In this document: in pieces, positions 1-7,777 of the stretch
Numbering within the stretch: the first letter of the stretch is position 1
Layout: the number at the start of each line of letters is the position of its first letter
NCBI GenBank assembly: GCA_022818785.1
Contig: CP063811.1
Coordinates: 154,460-170,902, forward strand
DNA from: Bacteroides sp.
Lineage (GTDB): Bacteria; Bacteroidota; Bacteroidia; G022818785
Reading direction: 5' to 3'
DNA length: 16,443 nucleotides
The notes under the pieces: model-generated
The model's database searches: none
What the model was told of the DNA's origin: nothing
What the model saw: the letters and a program-made list of their open reading frames with translations, nothing else
Translations under genes and position numbers: made by a program

Positions 1-1292
1 TTTTTTTTACCATAAATGCTATTATAATATTCTGAAGATTTAATAGAACCTGTTTTTTCAAAGGGTATTTCAATATTAGTTTTTATTCCTAAACCAAAAC
101 TTTCCAAATATTCTTTAAAATCATTATAAGATTCTTGTATATTATTATTATCTAATAAATAAGATAATAGTTGACAATACCAATTATTACATGAATATGT
201 CATAGAATTCACTAAATTTAGCGTTCCATGAGCTTTATGGCATTTAACAAAAGATTTACCATTTTTATATTTTCCATAACAATTAAAATAAGTACCAGAA
301 TTAATAATTCCTTTTTCCAAACCAATTAATGCTATAACTGGTTTTAATAATGATCCAGGAGGATATTGTGCTTGTATAGGTCTAATTAAAAGTGGCTTTT
401 TAATATCTGATTTTAAGTAATTATAATTACTATTATAATAATCAGTCAATTTATTAGGATCATATGTAGGACTACTTACAAATGCTAAAATATCGCCATT
501 TTTAGGATTAATAGCCACTATACTACCTCTTTTATTTTGCATTAATTTTTCTCCTAATTTTTGTAATTCCAAATTAATTGTACATATTATTGTTTCTCCT
601 ATTTTAGTTTTTTTATCATAAAATCCATTTTGAAATGGTTTTTGGGGTTTGTTAAATACATCTACAATAGTAAATTTTGTTCCTATAGTACCATGCAATA
701 TTCTTTCATGAGAATATTCAATACCAGTTCTCCCAATAGAATCTCCTATATTATAATAACCTTTAGATTTTATTATATCAGCATTTTCTACTTCTGATAC
801 ATATCCTAAGGCATGTGATGCTGTAATATTATATGGATAATTTCTTTTAGTGACTCTTTGTATAAAGCATCCATTAAAATTATGTAGTTCTTCTTGCAAA
901 GAAGCATATATATAATCAGGTATATCTCTCTTTATCAAAATTATTACATCAATATTTTTAGAGTTATAAATCTTATCTCTTATATATTTTGGTGTAACTT
1001 TTATTAATAGAGATAATTTATTAATATCTATATTTTTGGCTTTTCTAGGTATTATAAATAAATTATAAACTGGCTTATTATTAACAATAATATTATTATT
1101 AATATCTTTAATTATCCCCCTAGAAGGGTATATGATTTCTTTTCTTAAAATATTATTATTAGCTGCAAAAATATATTTGTCATCTAAAATTTGCATATAA
1201 AAAATTCTTGATATTAGAATTAACATAGATAAAATAATAATATATTTTATAATGCATTTTCTAATGTTTGTAACATAATTTACATCAATCAT
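1..1292 (-). CDS. mrdA: Penicillin-binding protein 2 (class B PBP transpeptidase); 3' end runs off the window
   Basis: Not in the ORF track because there is no stop in the window. Manual translation from ATG at 1292: MIDVNYVTNIRKCIIKYIIILSMLILISRIFYMQILDDKY...IYPSRGIIKD, i.e. a TM anchor followed by the PxRG motif. Same frame gives QAQYPPGSLLKP (SxxK, Ser codon 351-353) and YSCNNW (SxN). I spot-checked rather than fully translated the middle. Confidence 0.92.
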   Translation of the reverse strand, partial: MIDVNYVTNIRKCIIKYIIILSMLILISRIFYMQILDDKYIFAANNNILRKEIIYPSRGIIKDINNNIIVNNKPVYNLFIIPRKAKNIDINKLSLLIKVTPKYIRDKIYNSKNIDVIILIKRDIPDYIYASLQEELHNFNGCFIQRVTKRNYPYNITASHALGYVSEVENADIIKSKGYYNIGDSIGRTGIEYSHERILHGTIGTKFTIVDVFNKPQKPFQNGFYDKKTKIGETIICTINLELQKLGEKLMQNKRGSIVAINPKNGDILAFVSSPTYDPNKLTDYYNSNYNYLKSDIKKPLLIRPIQAQYPPGSLLKPVIALIGLEKGIINSGTYFNCYGKYKNGKSFVKCHKAHGTLNLVNSMTYSCNNWYCQLLSYLLDNNNIQESYNDFKEYLESFGLGIKTNIEIPFEKTGSIKSSEYYNSIYGKK

Positions 1293-1324
1293 TTTGTAAT
1301 AAATTTTCAAAAATGCTTTACATA

Positions 1325-1395
1325 AATAATATTCAATTATATATGAAAATAATTAAAATTATTAATAATTTTAATTATATATATAAAATATTATT
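1325..1395. repeat. Long AT-rich imperfect inverted repeat with a perfect 30 bp palindromic core (1349-1378)
   Basis: ATAATTAAAATTATTAATAATTTTAATTAT (1349-1378) equals its own reverse complement. TTATATAT (1337-1344) pairs with ATATATAA (1379-1386), and AATAATATT (1325-1333) pairs with AATATTATT (1387-1395). Confidence 0.85.
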
Positions 1396-1402
1396 AATAA
1401 TT

Positions 1403-1882
1403 ATGTTAAAAAAAATAAGAGTTAGATTTGCTCCAAGTACTACAGGACCATTTCATATAGGTGGATTAAGAACTGCTCTTTATAATTATTTATTTGCTAA
1501 AAAATATAATGGAGATTTTATATTAAGATTTGAAAACACAGATATCAATAGATATGATGAAAATTCAGAAAAACATATTAAAGATAGTTTAAAATGGTGT
1601 AATATAAATATAGACTTTTTGCAAAAGACAAAAAAAGAGTTATATCAGTATTATATTGAATACTTATTAAAACATGGATATGCATATTATGGATTTGATA
1701 CTGAAAAGGATTTAAAACAAAATAATTCTAAGTTTGAAAAATATGGAATTAAAAATAGATTGAAAATGAAAAATTCTTTAACGGTATCATCAGATGAAAC
1801 TGATTTCATAATAAAAAATTATAATTATGTAGTAAGGTTGAAAATACCTTATTTAGAAAAAGAATATATATATAAAAGATAA
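1403..1882 (+). CDS. gltX: GluRS N-terminal fragment (HIGH half of the Rossmann fold)
   Basis: MLKKIRVRFAPSTTGPFHIGGLRTALYNYLFAKK. ATG 1403 is preferred over 1313 because homologues start just before RVRFAP. Confidence 0.7.
   Translation: MLKKIRVRFAPSTTGPFHIGGLRTALYNYLFAKKYNGDFILRFENTDINRYDENSEKHIKDSLKWCNINIDFLQKTKKELYQYYIEYLLKHGYAYYGFDTEKDLKQNNSKFEKYGIKNRLKMKNSLTVSSDETDFIIKNYNYVVRLKIPYLEKEYIYKR
1864..1874. repeat. (AT)5A dinucleotide microsatellite at the gltX frameshift
   Basis: ATATATATATA at 1864-1874, flanked by A5 (1857-1861) and A4 (1874-1877). Confidence 0.7.
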
Positions 1883-1949
1883 ATTAAGGGGAATAATAAA
1901 ATTTAATATATTTGAACTAGAAGATAAAATATTATTTAGATCAAATGGT

Positions 1950-2846
1950 ATGCCTACTTACCACTTTGCAAGTGTTATAGATGATTATACAATGAATATC
2001 ACACATGTTATTAGGGGTGAGGAGTGGATAAGTTCAACTCCAATACATGTTATTATATATAATTATTTCAAATGGAAATTACCTGAATTTATTCATTTAC
2101 CTTTAATCTTGGATCCAAACCAAAAAGGCAAATTGAGTAAAAGAAATATTCTTACATATAATTTTCCTATTTTTCCAATTAAATGGTATAATAAAAAAAA
2201 GAATAATTATATAAATGGATTTAAAGAACATGGATTTTTGGGAGATGCAATAACAAATTGGTTATTTATATTAGGATATTCTAACCCTTTAAAAGAAATA
2301 TTTTATAATATAGAGGATCTTATAAAAGAATTTGATATTAATAAAATCAATTCAGTTAATACTATTTTAGATATTAATAAAATAATATGGTTAAATAAAT
2401 CACATATAAATAATAAATCTTCTATTGAATTACATGAATTATGCAATGATTTATACCAATTAGACAATAATATTTTAAGTCCAAAATTAATAGATATTAT
2501 TAAAAATAGATGCACTTTATTAAGTGATATAATAGATATTTCAAAATCTATTATTATAAGGCCTAATATTAACAAAAATGATATTACATTTAAATTATGG
2601 AATAATGATATTGCTATTTTTTTTAAAAAAATATGTAATCTTATTGAAAGAAATGAATTAGATATAAACGATTTAATTAAATTTATAAAAATAAATAATT
2701 TAAATATTAAAAATAATCTTATTATAATATTACGTGTTATAATAACCGGTAAATCTAAAGGACCTAATATTAATGATATAATAAATTTTTTAGGTAAAAA
2801 AGAAATTATTTTGCGTATAAAAATTGCATTAATCTCATTAGAATAA
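1950..2846 (+). CDS. gltX: GluRS C-terminal fragment (KMSKS half plus anticodon-binding domain)
   Basis: MPTYHFASVIDD, THVIRGEEW, HLPLI, KLSKR, C-terminal LRVIITGKSKGP. The frame is open upstream to 1857. Confidence 0.7.
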   Translation: MPTYHFASVIDDYTMNITHVIRGEEWISSTPIHVIIYNYFKWKLPEFIHLPLILDPNQKGKLSKRNILTYNFPIFPIKWYNKKKNNYINGFKEHGFLGDAITNWLFILGYSNPLKEIFYNIEDLIKEFDINKINSVNTILDINKIIWLNKSHINNKSSIELHELCNDLYQLDNNILSPKLIDIIKNRCTLLSDIIDISKSIIIRPNINKNDITFKLWNNDIAIFFKKICNLIERNELDINDLIKFIKINNLNIKNNLIIILRVIITGKSKGPNINDIINFLGKKEIILRIKIALISLE

Positions 2847-2854
2847 TATTAATT

Positions 2855-4471
2855 ATGAACATTAATTTAAAGAAAAATTTTTTGAGCGAGATTATTGAAA
2901 ATAAAATAAAAAAAAATGATCTAAAAAAATTATTATTCAGATTTCCTCCTGAACCCAATGGCTACCTACATATAGGACATGTAAAATCAATCCTAATAAA
3001 TTTTGGATTAGCTTTAAAATACCAAGCTAAATGTTATTTACGTTTTGATGATACTAATCCAGATAATAGCACAGATCACTATATTGAATCAATTAAAAAA
3101 GATATTCAATGGTTAGGATTTAAATGGGATTATATTACATATACATCTGATTATTTTGATATTTTATACGATTTTGCACATAAATTAATTATGAAAAATC
3201 TTGCTTATGTAGATGATAATAGTCCGTATTTAATTAATAAAATGAGAGGTACTCCTGAAATTACTGGTACTGAAAGTTTATATCGAAATCGTAGTATAGA
3301 AGAAAATTTATCCTTATTTAAAAAGATGAAAAATGGTCATTTTAGTGAAGAATCTAGAGTGTTAAGAGCTAAAATTGATATGAAAAATCCTAATATACAT
3401 ATGAGAGATCCTATTATATATAGAATTAAATACAGAAAACATAATAGGCTAGGTAATAAATGGTGTATATATCCTTCATATGATTTTTCACATGGACAAT
3501 GTGATAGTATAGAAAAAATAGATTTTTCAATTTGTACATCCGAGTTTAAAGATCATAATATATTATATAATTGGTTTATTAAAAAATTAAATATATATCC
3601 TTCTCAACAATATGAATTTGCAAGACTTAATATATCTTATAATATTTTAAGCAAGAGAAAAATAGCAAAATTAATTCAACTCAAAAAAATAAGATATTGG
3701 AATGATCCTAGAATTTTAACAATAAGTGGACTGCGTAATAAAGGATTTACGCCAAAATCAATTATTGATTTTGTAAATCATATAGGAGTCCAAAAAAGGG
3801 ATAGTATAATAGATTATAATTTGTTAAATCATTTTTTGTGTAAGGATATACATAAAAATACAGATATTATAATTGCAATTGTTAATCCAGTTAAATTAGT
3901 ATTAATTAACTTTTCTTCTACAAGAACAGAAAAAATATCTTTTTATAAAAACAGATACATGTATCTTAAAAAGATTATTTATATAGATAAAAAAGATTTC
4001 TCAGAAAATCCAAGCAAAGAATATAATAAATTATATATTGGTAATATCGTTAAACTACAAAATTCATATGCTATACAATGCAATAGCATAATTAAAAATC
4101 AAAATGGATCTTTAAAAGAAATACATTGTACTTTTATTGAAAAAAGTAATAGTATAGAATATAAAAATCAATATAAATTAAATGTTATCCATTGGATGGA
4201 TATAGATAAATCATATACTTGTAAGATTCATATGTATGACAATTTATTCACACATTATAATCCTAATATAGATAATTTATACTTAAAAGCATTAAATAAA
4301 AATTCTCTTATTACAACTTATTCTATTATTGAACATAAAATTACTGAATATAAAATAGGAGATAGAATTCAAATAATACGTAATGGATATTTTATTATAA
4401 AAGACATTTCTAAAAAAGATAATATATATACTTTATCAAAAATATCTGGACTAAAAACCAAAAATTATTAA
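2855..4471 (+). CDS. glnS: Glutamine--tRNA ligase
   Basis: RFPPEPNGYLHIGH, LRFDDTNP, LRAKIDM, MRDP, WCIYPSYDF, QYEFARLN, LSKRK, WNDPR; 538 aa. Confidence 0.96.
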   Translation: MNINLKKNFLSEIIENKIKKNDLKKLLFRFPPEPNGYLHIGHVKSILINFGLALKYQAKCYLRFDDTNPDNSTDHYIESIKKDIQWLGFKWDYITYTSDYFDILYDFAHKLIMKNLAYVDDNSPYLINKMRGTPEITGTESLYRNRSIEENLSLFKKMKNGHFSEESRVLRAKIDMKNPNIHMRDPIIYRIKYRKHNRLGNKWCIYPSYDFSHGQCDSIEKIDFSICTSEFKDHNILYNWFIKKLNIYPSQQYEFARLNISYNILSKRKIAKLIQLKKIRYWNDPRILTISGLRNKGFTPKSIIDFVNHIGVQKRDSIIDYNLLNHFLCKDIHKNTDIIIAIVNPVKLVLINFSSTRTEKISFYKNRYMYLKKIIYIDKKDFSENPSKEYNKLYIGNIVKLQNSYAIQCNSIIKNQNGSLKEIHCTFIEKSNSIEYKNQYKLNVIHWMDIDKSYTCKIHMYDNLFTHYNPNIDNLYLKALNKNSLITTYSIIEHKITEYKIGDRIQIIRNGYFIIKDISKKDNIYTLSKISGLKTKNY

Positions 4472-4473
4472 AA

Positions 4474-4547
4474 TCGGGAAGAGAGGATTTGAACCTCTGA
4501 CCCCCTGGTCCCAAACCAGGTATTCTGCCAAACTGAACTACTTCCCG
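4474..4547 (-). tRNA. tRNA-Pro(TGG), CCA not encoded
   Basis: Reverse complement: CGGGAAG TA GTTC AGTTTGGCA GAAT A CCTGG TT TGG GA CCAGG GGGTC AGAGG TTCAAAT CCTCT CTTCCCG A. Full cloverleaf. Confidence 0.97.
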
Positions 4548-4552
4548 AAAAT

Positions 4553-4640
4553 CGGTGAGAGAGGGATTCGAACCCTCGGTGTAAAAAAAATACACGACGG
4601 TTTAGCAAACCGTTCCTTTAGGCCTCTCAGGCATCTCACC
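4553..4640 (-). tRNA. tRNA-Ser(GCT), long variable arm, CCA not encoded
   Basis: Reverse complement: GGTGAGA...ACGGT TT GCT AA ACCGT C GTGTA TTTTTTT TACAC C GAGGG TTCGAAT CCCTC TCTCACC G. G73 discriminator. Confidence 0.97.
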
Positions 4641-4695
4641 AATGTGTATTTTGGTGCCGTTAATTTAAGAATTGTTTTTTATAAAAAAAAATATA

Positions 4696-5994
4696 TCAAC
4701 ACATTTTTATATTACATACATTATCATTATCTATATTTTTTAAAATAACTTTTTTTACTTTATTTATTAATTTATCATTAAACTTAGTTTTTACTCTGAT
4801 ATAATTATTTGTAAATCCGTATATATTACCATCTTTGTTTATTTTTTCAAATAAAACATCTAGTTTTTCATCAATATTTTGTATATAAAAATTTCTTAAC
4901 TTTTGTAAAGATAAGTTGTTCATAATTGCATTTCTTTGCTTTTTAATAAACGGGCTAATTTTATTATTTAATAAATTAGAATTAGTATTATCTCTATCTG
5001 AATAAGTGAAAACATGTAAATAAGATATGGGTAAATTTTTTATAAATTGAATACTTTCATTAAAGCATTCTTCTGTTTCCCCAGGATAACCAACAATTAT
5101 ATCTGCTCCTATGCAACATTTAGGTATTTCTTGATTAATAAATAATATTTTATTTTTATATAATTCTAATTTATATCTTCTTCTCATAGATTTTAATATA
5201 GTAGTACTTCCAGATTGTAGTGGAATATGTAAGTGATTTACTATTTTTTTAGAATGTTTTATAAACTCTATTATACTATAACTTAATAAGTTTGGCTCAA
5301 TTGATGATATTCTAATTCTAAAATTAGAATTTATATTCTCTATATTTTGTAATAAAATTAATAAATTTTCTTGTTTATTTCCAAAATCTCCTATATTTAC
5401 ACCAGTTAAAACAATTTCCTTTGCTCCTTTATTAATACAATTAGTTATATCATTAATAACATTATTAATGGTATTGCTTCTTGATTTGCCTCTAGCCATT
5501 GGAATAGTACAAAATGAACATTTATAATTACAACCATCCTGTATTTTTAAAAATACTCTAGTTTTGTTTGGAGAATATAATGAATTAGCAGAATGAAATT
5601 GTTGAATATTAATATCATTATGTATGATTTTTTTATCAGAAAATATATTTTTTTCTAAAATATCACCAATATAAAATTTATCACTATTACCTATTACTAA
5701 ATTTACATTATCAATTTTTGTAATTTCATTAGGCTTTAATTGAGCATAGCATCCAGTAATCACGATATAAACCTTTGGATTTTTTTTAATTTCTTTTCTT
5801 ATAATATACTCGCATTCTTTATCAGCGTTATTTGTAACTGAACAAGTATTAATAATTAAGACATCAAATAATTTGCTATTATCAACAATTTTGTATCCTT
5901 GTTTCCTTAAAATATGTTCTATACTAGAACTTTCTGAAAAATTCAACTTACATCCAAGAGTAAATACACTACAACTTATTGTTTTTTTATTCAT
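4696..5994 (-). CDS. mtaB: tRNA N6-threonylcarbamoyladenosine(37) methylthiotransferase MtaB (radical SAM)
   Basis: TLGCKLNFSES, INTCSVT and GCYAQ (UPF0004 cysteines); KIQDGCNYKCSFC (CxxxCxxC); RISSIEP; HIPLQSGS; LHVFTYSDR. Confidence 0.93.
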   Translation of the reverse strand: MNKKTISCSVFTLGCKLNFSESSSIEHILRKQGYKIVDNSKLFDVLIINTCSVTNNADKECEYIIRKEIKKNPKVYIVITGCYAQLKPNEITKIDNVNLVIGNSDKFYIGDILEKNIFSDKKIIHNDINIQQFHSANSLYSPNKTRVFLKIQDGCNYKCSFCTIPMARGKSRSNTINNVINDITNCINKGAKEIVLTGVNIGDFGNKQENLLILLQNIENINSNFRIRISSIEPNLLSYSIIEFIKHSKKIVNHLHIPLQSGSTTILKSMRRRYKLELYKNKILFINQEIPKCCIGADIIVGYPGETEECFNESIQFIKNLPISYLHVFTYSDRDNTNSNLLNNKISPFIKKQRNAIMNNLSLQKLRNFYIQNIDEKLDVLFEKINKDGNIYGFTNNYIRVKTKFNDKLINKVKKVILKNIDNDNVCNIKMC

Positions 5995-6024
5995 ATTTTT
6001 ATATTAATAATTGTAAAATATATA

Positions 6025-6043
6025 TTTACTTTTTAAAAGTAAA
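6025..6043. repeat. 9 bp inverted repeat in the mtaB/greA divergent gap
   Basis: TTTACTTTT-T-AAAAGTAAA. Confidence 0.4.
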
Positions 6044-6109
6044 AAAAATAATAATTAAAATATTATATATTTATATCATTAAAAATATATTAATACAAAA
6101 TATAATATT

Positions 6110-6583
6110 ATGTCAGATCGTATTTATTTAACTAAAGAAGAATTAAATAAAATAATACAAGAATTAAAATATCTTAAAAGTATTGGTAGAAGTAAAATAG
6201 CCAAAGATATATCAGATGCAAGAGAAAAGGGAGACTTATCAGAAAATGCTGAATATCATGCAGCTAAAGAAGCACAAGCACATCATGAAATGAAAATATT
6301 TTCATTAGAAAAAAAAATAAGAAACATTAAAATAATAGATACAGATAAAATAGATTATTCAAAAGTTTGTATAACTTCTCAAGTTACAATTATGAATCTA
6401 GATAATAAAAAATGTATGACTTATAGAATAGTATCAGATAATAGTATAGATACAAAAAAAAACACGATATCTTTTAAATCTCCTATAGGTAAAAATATCT
6501 TACATAAAAAAGTAAATGATATTGTAAATGTTAATACACCTAGTGGGATTTTAAAATTTAAAATATTATCTATTTCTAAATAG
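6110..6583 (+). CDS. greA: Transcription elongation factor GreA
   Basis: AREKGDLSENAEYHAAKE; ISFKSPIG. Confidence 0.97.
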   Translation: MSDRIYLTKEELNKIIQELKYLKSIGRSKIAKDISDAREKGDLSENAEYHAAKEAQAHHEMKIFSLEKKIRNIKIIDTDKIDYSKVCITSQVTIMNLDNKKCMTYRIVSDNSIDTKKNTISFKSPIGKNILHKKVNDIVNVNTPSGILKFKILSISK

Positions 6584-6589
6584 ATTTAT

Positions 6590-6979
6590 ATGAAAACTAT
6601 TTTTACTGAAATTATTCAAAAAAAAATACCATCTCATATAATTTATGAAGATGATTTATTTATATCCATTTTAGATAAGTATCCAGTAGTATTAGGGCAC
6701 TCGTTAATTATTATTAAAAAAGTAATAGATAATATTTTGGAAATTGAAGATGACAAATATATAAAATTTCAATTATTAGCAAAAAAAATTAGTATTGCTC
6801 TAACAAAAACTTTCTTCTGTAAAAGAATTGCAATGTCAGTAATAGGATTAGATGTACCTCATGCTCATATTCATTTATTGCCTATTAACACTATAGATGA
6901 TTTCAATTTTTCTAAGAAAATTGAAATTAATAACCATAGATTAAAAATTATTGCTAATTCTATTATAAATTTTTTATAA
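6590..6979 (+). CDS. HIT family nucleotide hydrolase
   Basis: TIFTEII...IPSHIIYEDD, GHSL, and GLDVPHAHIHLLP (HxHxH triad). Adjacent to greA. Confidence 0.93.
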   Translation: MKTIFTEIIQKKIPSHIIYEDDLFISILDKYPVVLGHSLIIIKKVIDNILEIEDDKYIKFQLLAKKISIALTKTFFCKRIAMSVIGLDVPHAHIHLLPINTIDDFNFSKKIEINNHRLKIIANSIINFL

Positions 6980-7762
6980 AACATTATTGTCAATTATATT
7001 AGTAATATATATATAATCTTCTATAGTCAATTCTTCAGGACGTTTCATAAGTAAATTATGATTAATAATATTAATATTTTTATAATTATATAAAGAATTT
7101 TTAATCATTTTTCTTCTTTGCAAGAATGATGTTTTTATGATTTCAAAGTATAATTTCTCATTAAAATCAATATTAAAATTATTTCTTGTAAGTTTTATTA
7201 CAGTAGAATTGACTTTTGGTTTTGGATAAAAAACTTTATTATTAATATGTTTTATACATTTTACATTGAAAAATGTATTGATATATACAGATAACAAATT
7301 AGTATTTCTATTGCCAGGTGCAGTAATTATTTTCTCTCCTACTTCTTTTTGAATCATTAATACTGCTTGATTAATAATATTTTTATATTTTATAATCCAA
7401 AATAATATTTGAGATGAAATATTATAAGGCATATTACTTATAATGCCAATAGGATTATTTTTAATTTGATTTAAATCATAATTTAATATATTTTTGTTTA
7501 AAATATTATCTCTTAAAAAAGGATAATTATTATTAAGATAATTATATATATTTTTATCAATTTCTATTGCTTTAAAAGGTATGTTTTTTTCATAAATTAT
7601 TTTTGTTAAAATTCCTAATCCAGGGCCTATTTCAATAATAATTTTAGATTTTTTAAAATCAATAGAATTGACAATTATATAAGCAATATTTTTATCTTTA
7701 AGAAAATTTTGACCTAAACTTTTTTTAATAGTATATTTATACTCATCAGTAATCATTTGCAT
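6974..7762 (-). CDS. rsmA: 16S rRNA m6,2A1518/1519 dimethyltransferase RsmA/KsgA
   Basis: KKSLGQNFL, IEIGPGLG, IEID, SNMPYNISS, MIQKEV, FYPKPKVNS, QRRK, RPEEL. Alternative start at 7756. Confidence 0.96.
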   Translation of the reverse strand: MQMITDEYKYTIKKSLGQNFLKDKNIAYIIVNSIDFKKSKIIIEIGPGLGILTKIIYEKNIPFKAIEIDKNIYNYLNNNYPFLRDNILNKNILNYDLNQIKNNPIGIISNMPYNISSQILFWIIKYKNIINQAVLMIQKEVGEKIITAPGNRNTNLLSVYINTFFNVKCIKHINNKVFYPKPKVNSTVIKLTRNNFNIDFNEKLYFEIIKTSFLQRRKMIKNSLYNYKNINIINHNLLMKRPEELTIEDYIYITNIIDNNVL

Positions 7763-7777
7763 TATAATTTATTAATT

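Larger units (their letters stand above)
1403..2846 (+). pseudogene. gltX: Glutamate--tRNA ligase interrupted by a single +1 frameshift at 1857-1879 (possibly slippage-rescued or a sequence error); ~480 aa if corrected
   Basis: The N-half has RVRFAPSTTGPFHIGG (HIGH motif) and stops at TAA 1880-1882. The +1 frame continues KDKLRGIIKFNIFELEDKILFRSNGMPTYHFASVIDD...HVIRGEEW...GKLSKR (KMSKS motif) to 2846. Confidence 0.85.

Noticed and set aside
1313-1402. 30-aa N-terminal extension of gltX from ATG 1313
   Set aside because: Low-complexity I/N/K/Y translation of the palindrome; GluRS homologues begin at about 1403.
1436-1444. Possible Pro/Thr codon reassignment (ACT at conserved Pro in GluRS APSTTG and GDH VPATD)
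   Set aside because: ACT also encodes conserved Thr elsewhere (e.g. MPTYH), other conserved Pro sites change to Ala or Ser, and PdxA shows the reverse change. This fits drift.
2303-2575. 90-aa minus-strand ORF
   Set aside because: Antisense shadow of gltX with no motif.
4410-4595. 61-aa minus-strand ORF
   Set aside because: Translation through the two tRNA genes and the glnS end.
4651-4670. Possible tRNA promoter (minus strand TAAATTAACGGCACC)
   Set aside because: Only loosely resembles TAnnTTTG; not supportable without TSS data.
4696-4698. Possible UGA-to-Trp recoding, as in some very AT-rich symbionts
   Set aside because: Long ORFs are intact under code 11 with Trp as TGG. The gltX break is a TAA plus frameshift, and TGA appears only as the mtaB stop.
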